A stretch of 64,000 bases of DNA from NCBI GenBank assembly GCA_047495785.1, contig JBLDXI010000023.1, forward strand, positions 124,001 to 188,000, in the 5' to 3' direction. Below, piece after piece: positions 23,301 through 35,850 of the stretch. The stretch comes from Lepidodermella squamata (Eukaryota > Animalia > Gastrotricha). Within the stretch, counting starts at the first letter, position 1. The number at the start of each line of letters is the position of its first letter. The notes under the pieces were generated by a model. That model saw only the letters and a list, made by a program, of their open reading frames with translations, searched no databases and was not told where the DNA came from. The position numbers and the translations under genes are program-made.

Positions 23301-24000
23301 TTCTCTCTGGCCATCTCAGCCTGCAACGAGCACCTGATGCGTAGTAGCGCAGTGATTAGCCACAAGCGCGTTTTCCGAGGCTTGCCGTGCCTGCTTTGGA
23401 CCCTGCTACAAGCCTGCCTGTTCGCTATTGTCCTCGGACTATCGTGGACTAGAGTAACAAAAACAGCCCTCAGCGTTCAAGAGACAGACAACGAAGGCCG
23501 TGTTGCTATCAGAGAGTTTCGTTACGATTGCACTTTCGAATTTTTCGATTCAGTAGCGTCGACCGCCGTTTTCGGAGTTGCGCTCATTCTGCACGCGCTC
23601 ATGTTGACTTTTCTGGTCAAATCAGCGTTGAGAGCTGTCAAGTATGAAGCATTAAGACATGTGAGTTATAAACGTAAACCTTATTTGATGGAGGACTAAG
23701 TTAGTTTGATTTCAGCATCAAGTAGCAGCTCGCCGTTTCAACTGGATCGCTGCGTTTGCTTTCGGTGGCTTCGGCCTGGTCGTTGCTTCTGCTCTGATTG
23801 TCGTTCTCGACATGTGGAATACGCAACACGTCGCGTCAACCATCGCTTTGGCTTCGATATGCTTCGTGGCCCTAAATCAGGCGGCTATTCTTAAGCATTT
23901 GATGCAGAAGCCGGTTGCTACCGCGCACCAAGGTCTTCAGAGTTCTGCAGCACCAGCAGTAGTTGTTATCAACGTTCGTCCTGCCGGAAAAACGAGCTGA
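17341..24000 (+). CDS. Orphan class C GPCR, subfamily C (8 exons, about 786 aa)
   Basis: Exons 17341-17613, 17678-17830, 17887-18060, 18124-18414, 21835-22063, 22643-23023, 23086-23660, 23716-24000; total 2361 nt in frame. Four intron positions and phases match subfamily B. Intron 3 is GC-AG. Confidence 0.82.
19092..20069. repeat. Pair of about 135-140 bp direct repeats in intron 4 (19092-19225, 19928-20069), probably TE ends
   Basis: Both contain CTCGTAAAACTGCGGCAA...GTTGCCACTTGCCACCATTTCCC...GGCATCAAACCAGTTAGTTATTAGAGTCTCAA and stop at the same base. Confidence 0.8.
20866..21805. mobile_element. Non-autonomous hAT-type element with a nested inverted repeat
   Basis: TIR CAGGGCTGCAAAACATGCA / TGCATGTTTTCCAGCCCTG, flanked by the 8-bp TSD ATTAGTGA (20858-20865, 21806-21813). 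Internal 67-bp inverted repeat at 21236-21302 / 21486-21552. Confidence 0.9.
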
Positions 24001-24917
24001 AGGGCCATTGATTTCGCCATAACGTGACTGGTTTCTAAATCTGGATAACCCCTTTTACCTTAATGATACTGTTAATAGTGTTGTTACCCGGACGGTTAAA
24101 CGTATACGAAAAGATGACTTGCAAAAATGTTCTCTTGTCAAATTCAAATGTTCAGATGGAGCTGTTATCTGTTATAAGTATCTATATTAACTTTGATACT
24201 GGGCCCTTGAGAAATAAGGCTCGCTACGCCTGGGGTATGCGCAACTAATTTCTGATATTAAGCTTTTGTGTTGCCCTTGATTCTCTACCTTCCGCTGAAG
24301 GGGAGTCTGAAGATGATGAATATGCATCTCGTAGCTTTACCTAACTGAATTAACCTCTCTTCGCAGTTTTACTCGAAATAGTAAGCGAAATCAAAGCGAT
24401 CAGGTTCGCTCGAATAATCTTCGATAGCACTCTCAATCAAGGCGATAGCGAGTGATTTTGATTTCTGCTGGGTTTTAGAATCCCTTGTCTCAACATCGTG
24501 AAAAGGACTAGCAACCTTGATGAAGTTAATTTTACGCCCCGTTACCTGTTTCTTATTCTTGACGATCAAAGACCATGTATGAATGTGAGTTTTATTTTGA
24601 TCTATCGATAAAATGTTGTCCGTGATTCACCGATTGATAGATGAAGGCGATAAAGTGTGCTTTGGTTCCATTGTATGTTGCATGATAATCTCTCTCGTTC
24701 GTGGTAACTTGAAGCAAACGATTTCAAACAGCATTTTGTAACTCGAGAAGTATCTATTGTTAGGAGTGCTTCTTGAATAACACTTGCGTTAAGCCTCCGC
24801 ATTCATTGCGCCAAATCCTTCCGAAACAAAAATAGCGGTGAAGTGCAGAGTTCAGGCTACTAGTAAGCATTAAGTTTGCTAAAGATCTGGGTGTAGCTGA
24901 ATAAGATATTTCAGAAT

Positions 24918-26756
24918 ATGCGTGTTGCACAGCTTTCAATTGCTGCATGCTTGTTCGCCATTGTAACGATGGCGTTCAAATCTACGAGATTGCGAATCGA
25001 TTTCATTACCACATTGGCACAAAACGATGCCAAACAGGTGCAAGCTATGAAAGCAATTGCGGGATATGTGACCGAAAGAGTCAATGGAAGAAGCGACATT
25101 CTGCATGACTACGCTATCGAAATCAATTTCCGCGAGGAAATGCTCGGTTTTCAGGCCACATCGCGCCTCGTTGAGATTGACCGCGATTCAACGAGCCTGC
25201 GATCTCCAATCATCGCTGGGCCGGGTATTTCTACCGGTTGCAAAGCTGTCGGTCCCGTGTTACAACACATGTACACCATTGCCGTCTCCCCAATTTGTGT
25301 CGCATCTTTTCTCTACGACAATCCTTTGATGCCAAATATGTTTATGACCCTGCCAAGTGCAAAAAACTTGGTTATGTCCATCCTGGTTTTCCTCGAGAAA
25401 ATCGGAAAATGGCGGAAAATCGGGATTTTGACGGCGACAAACATTTTGGAGTTCTCATCAGCTCTATATTTATTTGATCAAGCTGCAGCCAACGGCATCA
25501 AAGTTCCAGTTTTCGATACCATGAATGAGGTAACCCCGGAGCTTGTTGCTAATTTCAGGCAAACCGGAATTCGAATAATCGTAATACCTACAAGCACCAG
25601 TTCATTGGTCTCACAGTTTCTGTGCGAGGCTCATCGAGCTGGCATTCATGGGCCTCGTTATGTTTTCCTGTCCTTTTCGCTCGCATTCACTCTCAACCCG
25701 CCAGCCGGTTGCCAAACATCTGTTTTGATGCAACAAGCCAGACAAGCGTTTTACTATGGAAATTCAGCAAAATCTCGCGATTACGCGAAGGTCGGAGACC
25801 TAGGGGATACGGCCCAGCAGTTGGAAGTATTCTTAGCTAATTCGACTCAGTTAAGACCTGAGGATTACTTAAATTCTTACGTAACCTGGGACACGCTGTC
25901 GAACGTGATAATGGCCCTCAATGAAACAGAGCGGCGATTAAAATCTGATTTCAGTCTCTCCTTGAAAGACTACCCAAAACACCCAGAAAAAGTGGCTGCA
26001 GTAGCGAGAGATTCCATTCTGACATCGGAGTTCAACGGATTGAGAGTTGGTAGGATGAAATACAGCAAAACTGGCGGGATCTTGGGGGATTTTCGAGTCG
26101 TGACAAATTGGTCGCCACTCAACGGTCTTCAACAGGTGTTCACGGTGCTACAGGGTAATAATTTCACTTTTGAGCGCGAATGGCAGATGACTAGCTATGA
26201 AATAGCAAACACTGCGAATTTTTCGTGGATCACTGGCTCGCCTCCATTTGATGAGCCAAGAATTGAAAACACATCACTATCGGCCAAATGTTCTGTTGTT
26301 GTCGCTGTTTGGACGCTATCCATTGGAATTTCGGCCCTCATAATTATCTACAGCATTTCGCGCATTGTGAAAAACAAGCTGCCCGCCCTAAGGTCGAATA
26401 TCGTCGCCCTGTTAGGATGTCTGACACTCAACTCCTCGGCGATACTCCTCACTTACGAGCCAGTGCCATCTATTCAAATCTCAAGTTTCATGCTGCTAGG
26501 CCTCGGTGTATCTTTAATTTGCAGTAGTTCAACAGCGCGTTTGTTTATATGGAACGCCAACGCGAGGAAATCGAACGGGCAAGTATCGAGGTCTGCTTTT
26601 CGCAGCACAGTGCGAACTTCACGGAGATTCACCTCTGTCGAAGTACAGTTCGATCATCGAGTCACACAGGTGGTACACCTTCAGAATGATCAGCTCGACG
26701 TGAAAATCCTAGGCTTTAGCCTTGCGCTGTTTGTTCCGAGCGCATGTCTTCTAGCA
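24918..26756 (+). pseudogene. Class C GPCR subfamily A paralog, truncated in TM4 by an insertion
   Basis: Collinear with A1 through the VFT and TM1-3; homology stops at SACLLA and the ORF reads about 42 codons into unrelated sequence to a stop at 26885. Confidence 0.85.
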
Positions 26757-28755
26757 ACTCATGTCCAAGCGGAGCTGTCACGTGGAGCACGCGTTTCAAC
26801 TTCAACACAAACAGCGACCGGTGGCTGGCGCAAGTCGCCATTTCGCGAGACGACATCGTGTTTCCGCTGTGACACGATCTGCTGAAGGCGATGGCATTGC
26901 GAAATCGGACTATTCAGTGGACGGCCAGGGAAATAGAGTCTTATAATATTGCTTATCGCGATGAAGCGATGAACACAGCGATAAAAAGCAAACAACCCAA
27001 CACTAAAGACAACCCAAATGTTCACATCCGTTTATTAGCTATGCGAACAAGGAATCGACGAGCAGTTCAACGAACAATGCGAAAGTATCGTTCAACTCAA
27101 GAACTACAGAGACGTATAGGTGATGTAGAACAAAAATGATCTTAGATTATCATATGAAAATAATAGATCATATTAAATCAGGTATTCATGATCGCATGTT
27201 TTAAGGATGGTTCAATTTCAACGATCGAGTTCCGAAGCGATTCATAGGCTGCGTTGATATTGTTGAGTTCGCCCGAAATGTGCAGCTAATCGACTCGCAA
27301 TCGACTCGCAGATAGATTTCGACAAGGCTGAAACACAAATCAAATTAAAAAATCGATGGAAAAAATTTAATAATTGATTGGCATAATTTGATAATAGAAA
27401 AAATCGAAAAAGAGGGACATTTTTGAACTTTCTGAAAGGATTAACTGAAAAGGATATTTTTTCAAATTAAAACCCTCATAAATTTTCATGGCTCTTAAAC
27501 TTGCGAAAATCATTCGAAATTTATGCGCAATATGCAAATGAAAATTGGAAGAATTACTTTTTCTCTGTGGATTGAGAAAATCTCAAACGTATCTCAAACG
27601 AAAATCTCAAACGTAACAGCAATTCCTCCGAAATTGAATTTTGCGAAATTAGTAAGGGTGCGTCAAGTGCGCTATCTAAATTTATCGCCTCCAAGTATCG
27701 ATTTTAGAAATAAGTGATTTTCCCGATATTGGTTTTTCAAACAATTTTGTGGTGCAATCATGCAATTTTGTGAACATTTCGGGAATATCAAGTCCGATAA
27801 ATTTTCCAGTAACCGTGGAAGAGTTTAGAAGAGTACGCGAACGCCCTAATGCTGAATGCTAAAATGCTGTTCAGAATTCAAAATTTGAATTTTTAAGGTA
27901 TCAAGGAAAAAAATTCGGAAAATCAGTATCAGATTGATTATGAGTGTTTTCCGATCCAAATGGGAACTCATTCATTAAGTAAATTTTCGATGCTCTAATG
28001 AAAAGGCTGATAATTTTGCCAATCCGGTAAAAATAAATGAGGAAATTCCTACCAAGCCATCAGAGCCAACGCCCTCGCTAACCAATCATTCGAAATTCAA
28101 GGGTAACACGCGGTCGTCTATCATGGTTGGGTTTCATGGGTTGGGGCCAGTGGTGGCGCCCGCGGTTGGCGACACTGGCTCCGCATGGCCACGCTCGTCG
28201 TAGTCGTGTTGGCGCATTCCGTGAAGGCCACGCTCGCTAGTCGCTGTTTTGAGCGCGAGAATGTCACCTCGTCCAATCGATTCGAGCAATTGAAATCTGA
28301 AAATAAGAAAAAATGGCTGTAAAAATTCTTGTTGGAATATTCGTCGAGAAGTCCGAAGTGAAGTATAAATAAGTATAAATTATCTTATAAAGTATCTCAC
28401 TGTGTCAAACATTTTGCCAAACCCCACTTTTCACTTATTTTCGGTCAAATAAGATAAGTTCCATAATATTCCTGAAAAGAAATCCGAATTGTGTCTGAAT
28501 TTTGTAGACCTAGACTTTGACTTGCATAGAATTATCGGCGGTCTTACATTGAATTTTCGTCGGTAATAGAAGGATAGAGAATAGGAAATAGGTTGGTAAT
28601 TAAAAAAAGGGTCAAGCTATTCGTACATAACTATGTAAGAGAAAATTGTTATTCGTACATAGGTTTTCTCGATTTTTCTGCAGTGTGGAAAGTCAAATTA
28701 GACGGTAGCATCATGAATTTTACAGGCAGACGCATCAAAGGGACAGCTACATATA

Positions 28756-29008
28756 CAGCGTGTCCCAGAAGTTGCGCAACTATTTTTTCATTTTGGCTGT
28801 GATGATCGGTATTTTACCCGGTAGGAAAGAATTTCTCCGGATTTTTTTAATCCCAGTTGCAAGTGACATACTTGATTTATATTCTCGTGATTTTTTTTAA
28901 TTTTCTAAAAATTGTCTAGCCTTGAGATGTGACTTTGTCTGTCATGATAGAGTTTCTGAACCCTTTTCCGTGTATTTTCTTTGCTTGCGTTACTTATGGG
29001 ACACGCTG
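28756..29008. mobile_element. Tc1/mariner-type MITE (253 bp)
   Basis: TA|CAGCGTGTCCCAGAAGTTGCGCAA ... TTGCGTTACTTATGGGACACGCTG|TA: 24-bp TIR with 3 mismatches and a TA TSD. Confidence 0.85.
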
Positions 29009-32000
29009 TAGTAGGTAAATGTCGTTGAATCATCACCAAAAGTCTTCAATAATTATTGAAGTGAACTTGAAGCTGAAAGTACTGGAAATTGCCGTCGTTC
29101 ATTCCTTTCAAGCGCTGATAGGATTGTGACGAAAGTGTCAATTATTAAGCAGATTAAACTTGACATTCGCGCGAGTTTGAACCATCAAGAAGCTGCGCTG
29201 AAATGCGCGAAATTTGGCCGCTGCCTTGTCATCGGGCCTGCCCTGTATTTTAAATTAATGACCTAGAGGCTCGGCCTTGTAAATTTACTCGTTTCGCTCC
29301 TCGTTTTTCGTTGAAATCACCAGTCATTTTAGCAAAAACAGCAAAAAAGTAGTCCATCCTTGGCAGTTCCAGGGTCCAAGATCGCACTCTGGACATTCCG
29401 TTCAACCCGGGATTCCCTCAAAAGGGTATAGACGCTCAGTCGCGGGAAAGTAAAACAATACAAGCATTTTCATTCCGTTAAACAAAGATTAATCATTTTA
29501 ATGAGATCTACGAAAGAAGAATTTATCCCATTTTTATGCTGGAAAGAAGGTGAAAATTATCGGAGAATGTTGACAAGCACAGATTCTTCTAATCATCATG
29601 CCGATTTAGGAACGCGAACGAAATGGCTTTGAATGAGTCGAATTGGGAACATTTCAATGCGAAAATGATAAAGCAAATCAGGGCAAAACTTTTTTAGGAA
29701 GGTAAATTTACAGGAAATTATGATAATTATTATGAATTTTTCAATTTTGATTTGAGACAATTTTACATATCGATCAACAATATAAAACCCATAAATTAAA
29801 AAAAAATGCCAACTTCCCGCTTAATGGGCTGTGTCTTTTTTAATCTAACCATAATTTTGTCTTGATAATGGATAATTTTGGAAATTTTCGTGTAATTCGG
29901 AAAATATCTTTTTCCATCTAACCAGGGATTCGACCCTTCAATAACTCAGGTAAAAATCTTTCGCTTTCTTTCGCTTCAAAGGTGGAATTATTCCTCCTAA
30001 GTATTGTCCCAATGTCCTGGGATGTTCCTGTCAAGTTCCACCCCTAATTTTGCCAATTTGAATGCTTTGCCGAGAGAGATTCGATGAGAGCCGCTTAATC
30101 ACTCTGCTAAAATGGCTTGATCCGGGACCAGAACGAAAAAATCAACTATAAAGTCTACCCGTCGGCTGGGGTATGGGATGCGTAAAATGGGATAAAATAC
30201 ATAAGACCTAGCTACTAAAATAAAAAAAACAAGGTTAGCACCGATCCTGATTGTATGAAGGGTTAATTTAGACCCGTACTGCGTTTTCCAGTCTGGTTAG
30301 ATGAAAAAAGATGTTGATTAGATGGATAAAGATATCAAAACTTATTTCGATGAAAAAAGATGTGAAAACTCGGTTAGATGAAAAAAGATTAACCCGCTTA
30401 ATGTACCTGTGATTTTTCGTCGACGAAGTGGAGGGAATTAATGAAAAAATAATTTTGTTAGGGGCGCCCCTTGTTTAATTTGTGACTTTTTGCGAACATT
30501 CAAAGCAAAAAAATTCATCATGAGAAATGGAATTATAATCTTGTCAAGCAATTTTTAAATTTCTAGCAGTCTGAAAAATAGGAAATAATCGCTTTTTTTC
30601 AGCCCCCTATAGACAAGTGACAACGAAAAATGACGCAAAATTCAAATTTCGCTGTTTTTCTCATTTTTGTTTCATTCGCAGCACCTACAGCCAAATGGCC
30701 AAAACACGATACTTGGTTTCCTTAAAAATAATGTAGTACTCCACAGCTCCAATGTAGTACAATTTTCCACAATCGTTGACTAAAACGTGGCCAACAAAAA
30801 CTCTCAGCTATCGATGATGTGGCCAAATAATATCACATAGCCATTCTTAACAACCTGTTGAAAAAGTCGACTAAAATTCCAATTTTAAACTACCTAACCA
30901 AGAGATTCTAGTTCAATTTTACAAATTTGAGGGAGCATTTCACGTTGAAAAATGGCTCCGAAAGACAGGATACTACAACCTTTCTTCAAATTGCGAACAA
31001 AAATCGCGTCAAGACTTCGAACTGCAAGGCTAGGTGAAATACGAGTTCATGTTTTTAATTCGATTTCAATTTTAATTCGATAAATCCCCATAAACTCAGC
31101 ACGAAACCTCGAACCCGAATTTCTTTAATTTCCCTAAGAAAACAATTTTCTAACCTTTATGAATGGTTGTGGGAGTGTTTCGGAATTTGATAGCTGCTGA
31201 ATCGGCTCGGGAAATCCATAGAATGCCTTTGTTTTCAGCGATCATGAGATGCGAGAGAGCAGGTCGAAGCCGCGGGTTTACAGATCGAAATTAGCGTTGA
31301 AACCTTGAGAGAAAATAGAAAAATATATCAACTGGTTTTTTTGCAAGTCAATGCAGATGACGGCGATGTCAAATTAGACCACTATCCAAAGTAATAAAAT
31401 AATTACTCAAGAGCTCGAACGAAAAGCTACAAAAAAATCCTCAACACTTATTGCGATTTTTTCCGTACTTTTTCAGCATATCGTTAGCGGCGTTGAAATA
31501 CTCGGATTTAGGCTTGTTTACATCCGTTTCAATGTCACGGGTGACAAGTGAAAAGCAGTTTTTTTCAACGTGAATGAAGAGGCAAAAACAAAATACTTGT
31601 TACTTGTCGCCTATCACCTTGAAATGGAAGTAAACAGGCCTAAATCCGAGTTATTCAACGTCGCTATCGATATGTACGGAAAAAATCGGCTACATGTGCA
31701 ATTGCGAAAAGTTGAGTTTATCAGGTAGCCAGAGCCCTCCGTATTTACCAGCCGTTCAATTTGATCTATTCTAGCGGGATTTTGAACGCTTATTTGTTGT
31801 GGGACGCATATTTTCGGAGTAATGATCTCTCCATCAAGGCGTGAGAAAATCACAGCTCCTCGAAAACAGCCGGAGGAGAGGGCTGAAACATGGGAAACAT
31901 CTAATAAAATTATAAATAAGTTGGCAAAATGGATCGAGTGTCATCGAATTGCATATAAATATTCCGGGAAACTTGACTCAAATATCCTGAACAAATTCAT

Positions 32001-34310
32001 GTTTTCATCTCATTTTTGCGACCCGTAGATGGCTTCTAACACAGAAAAATAAAAATACGGGCCGATGATACGAATAGGTATTTCTTATTTTTTCGCAAAA
32101 TCCGACTTGATTCGGATACGGACTGCCCATTGTAGCCTGTTTATTTTTGTGTTTCATTGAAGCCCTTTGGTCATATAAGCCACTTAGCCGGCCTAGTTTC
32201 GCCAAAATCACTGAATTATCGTTGTTAAAACGCCAGCTTTTACATCTTTTAAAGCTTACGTCAATCAACCCGTTTATGGTTCATGGATTACCTCTAACCA
32301 AATGATCTTTACACCAGAAAAAATATCACCCTAATTCCTAATTCATCTACCATGAAGCATGAATTTAGTTTCGGTATCTGAATTCATGGGAAACTGAGTT
32401 GCGATAATTCATGGGCATTATTTAATTCCAAAAACTTAAGAAAACCTTCCTGGGCACAATTTTCGAGCAATAATAAAAGAACTATCGTAATTCACCTGGG
32501 GAAGAGCTAAGAAATTAGTTCTAACTCTAAAATCCCATTGTTTTCCCATGGTTGGTGCCGTTCATTAACAATAGAAAATCAAATCGAACCTAGGCCCTAC
32601 TACTTGGGGGTATGTATAGACGCTCAGCCGCGGGGAAGTAAAACAATAAAATAATTTTCATTAATTTTCATCATAAAAGCTAAGACATTTCCGAAAATGG
32701 CGTTTAAATTCAACAATCTTGTTTCTCGAATGGCTCTTGTTAGTCTTATAACACAGATGAACAAACAGTAAGAGTCTTAAAACAGTAAGAGCCACTTTCT
32801 TAACGTAATCGAAAAGTTTCATGAGGTGTAAAGGAATATGGGGAAATTCGATCGGCCTCACAATCCGAGCGGAAAACTCATTTACTTGAATTTGTATTGG
32901 AGAAATACCAAGTTCTGAACCAAGTTTCGAATCGAGCAATGCTCATATGTTAGAGATTATGGAATTTGTACACGTGCCCGACTCGATAAAACTGCTACAG
33001 TTATGTTAACTTATTAATGGACTCACGTAGCATTGAACGAAACCGTACGCAGACGCAGAGGAAAGAGGCAAATCGCATCCATAGTGAACTGTTCGAGTCG
33101 GATCTTGACTGCACGCGAGAGAGAGAGAGCTTTTGCTAGAAGGGTCTATCTCCGAAGTAGATCTCAGTAAATCAGCTCGCTCCTAATTTTCGTCTCTAGC
33201 CGCTTACCCGAGCCATTGCTTCAGCGTCGAAAGCAAAGCCGGAGATATGGCTTTCGGAGACCATCGTCACTGATACAACTTTAAGAACGCAGAATTTTCA
33301 TGTGCTTCTCCGGCGTCTCGCTCTGTATCGATCATCGTTATTACCATGGTGTGCTATCGCTAGTGTCGCCTAACGAATAAGAATAATTTTTATGGCGTCA
33401 TGGCATTGATACACTAAACATACATTCTGATGTTGTATCGGCAACATCTGGACTTCCGTCCTCAACAGACAATAGGGCTATTTTCAAGGGTAATCACGAG
33501 GTATCATGTGTTAGATCTTGTAAAATTAAGTTGCTATAGACAGTAAAATCCCAGAATAGAATGAAATCATAGTATCCCTTTGTTTGTTGAAGAAGAACGT
33601 GCGAGCGGAGCGAGCATGTTCTTTTCAGGAATCGAATGTCAAGTGAGGATAAATGAACTGAAATGTAGACTCGAAGTTGCGAGCGCAGCGAGCACATTCC
33701 TTTTGCAGGCATCATGGAACTGTTTACTTTGCAGTGGTCAGATTGAAAAAACTAAGTTGCTCTAGAATACTCATTCTACCGAAATCGATGAAATAACAGT
33801 ATCTATATCTGTATCTTAAGAAGAGCATGCGAGCGGAGCGAGCATGTTCTTCTGAAGCAAACAATTGACTTCAAATTGATGTAAATGAGTAAGTACAAAT
33901 TGATGCTTGATGCATAGAGAATAGAACTTCTCCTAACAAGAATGGAACAATCGAGCGCAGCGAGATTGATGCAAGTTCCCTTACACAGGCGTCTAGAACA
34001 GAGTTCATTGCACGATTCAAATACAATTTAAATTGAATAATTTGATCTAATAATATCTGCAAGATAAGTTTAGTAATGATATGCTAGTGATTGAAAGTAA
34101 TGCCTGCGAGTTAGCAAAGGGTTACAGCTTGTTTGCTGAAGAAAAGCTTAGTTGCTTTCAGATTTTAGATAACTGTTTTGGTTTTGATCAAATTCACGAA
34201 TAAAGCGACAGGTAACAAGACCTGATAAAATCGCACAAGTATGGGAAGTTCATAATCATCTTTTGACGTGAAACCTGCGCGCCCTGATCAATTTCATGTC
34301 TTCTTCATTC

Positions 34311-34356
34311 GGATCAGGATCAGGATCAGGATCAGGATCAGGATCAGGATCAGGAT
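34311..34356. repeat. (GGATCA)7+ microsatellite
   Basis: Seven perfect units plus GGAT. Confidence 0.95.
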
Positions 34357-34658
34357 TTACGATTTCTCCTCGCCCTGACGGACTCAAGCTTTCACCATAA
34401 GGCGGAGCTTGTGAGAAAATCGCGAGCTTACGCTCTAGGAAAGTTTGAACTGGTTTAATAACTATATAATTGAAATCCCTACCCCTGGTACTCCAGTTAT
34501 TGCTGACTGTTTCTCCAGGGCCCAGGCATTAGTGCCCAGGTGGCTTTTCCACTCACTCAGCGAAGCCTACAAACGCCGTCGTAGCAAGAAAGCTACCAAA
34601 AGACTAGTTTGGAGGAATATTTACAAGAGTAGAGATAATTTACAAGAGGTAATTCTTC

Positions 34659-35096
34659 CGAGAAATTTTTTCTGCCTAAAATTAGGCAGAATTTTCCGCT
34701 ATAGCTTTTTCTGCCTAAAATTTCGCCATGTAGCGGAAGGCCCCAGAAACGATTCCAATGATCATTTTAATTGTATTGCTCCATTTATTTGTCAAAAAGC
34801 GTATTATAACCAACAATAAATCAAATATAGAAAGATAATGACTAAAGATGCCGCGCTAAGACAGGCTAAGTACAACGCTTTACGTGTTACGTGTAACCGC
34901 CTTATTATGGGCGCCAATGATGAATTATTCACGGATTGAGCCATTTAGGTTAGTTATTATTGCAAGATAGACTAGAAAATTCAATTTTAAAGGCATTTTG
35001 GGGGGTTTTACGCGATTCAAGCGCCTACTTACCATTTTAGGCAGAAAAAGCTATAGCGGAAAATTCTGCCTAATTTTAGGCAGAAAAAGGCTAACC
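34659..35096. mobile_element. MITE with about 55-bp inverted repeats, possibly Mutator-like
   Basis: Inverted repeat 34667-34721 / 35034-35088, flanked by the 9-bp direct repeat TAATTCTTC (34650-34658, 35097-35105). The outermost 8 bp do not pair. Confidence 0.65.
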
Positions 35097-35303
35097 TAAT
35101 TCTTCGGGGGACAGAAGCCGCGTTTAAAAAGTAGCGCCAAACAGGGCAAAATTACCACAACACATATTAATATATTTTTGAACGCGCAAAAACAAAATAA
35201 AAATTATGTAATAAAAATGCATTCGTAATTCGGCTTCTAAAGCAACGTTTTCGCGCGCGCTCCGACGGCGTCCACGAAAGACGAAAGAAAGAAAGAGAAT
35301 TGC

Positions 35304-35627
35304 TTGAGTTTAGCCCTACTCGGCGCTGTTGGGGCAGTTGACATGATTTTGCTGCTGATCAGCCTCTTTTCAGTATACGAATTGAAGCAAAAGCGGGCTT
35401 TGTATCGCAGCGATTCCGTATCGACTTGCATTTCTGTTGTGATTTTCGCTGCCCTGCTACCTGCTGGGCTGTTGATCGCGGTCATCCTCGGCAACGACAC
35501 AACCAGACAGCGGCCAGCTATTGCTTTCTTGGTATTGGTTTTGTCTCTTTCGCAATTTTGCGCCATGGCTTACAAGCGCAAGCAGGACCCCGGCAGCAAA
35601 AAATCACGGCCGAATTCCGTAAAATAA
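35304..35627 (+). pseudogene. 3' fragment (TM5-TM7 and tail) of a subfamily A GPCR
   Basis: SLALLGAVGAVDM...KRKQDPGSKKSRPNSVK; the tail is identical to A1. No upstream coding context. Confidence 0.88.
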
Positions 35628-35850
35628 AATATGGTAATTGCTAATGTGCTAGTAAACGGAGCAGCTCCGTAGCATGAAAGAATTCGTAGAATTCGTAATC
35701 CTTAATAGCAATAAATTTCAGCTATATGCTACATTACAGACCATTTATTTGCGGCTTTTGCATAAGAGAAAGTGGTGGTTAGTTAGTCAAAAACATCACC
35801 AGTACGGGCAACATTCCGAATTACCGCGATATAATTGTTTGTGAATTGTT

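Larger units (their letters stand above)
26757..35303. mobile_element. About 8.5 kb AT-rich composite insertion of nested TE remnants
   Basis: Lies between two halves of subfamily-A GPCR sequence, has no long ORF, and contains MITEs, a repeated 35-bp end-like motif (29426-29460, 32614-32648), a hairpin array and a microsatellite. Confidence 0.65.

Noticed and set aside
24369-24870. Minus-strand ORFs as a small gene between GPCR C and the truncated A copy
   Set aside because: Fragments of about 60 aa with no consistent splice model or motif.
26757-35303. Short ORFs in the large insertion as host genes or an autonomous transposase
   Set aside because: All are under 125 aa with no recognisable motifs; the region is dominated by MITEs and AT-rich DNA.
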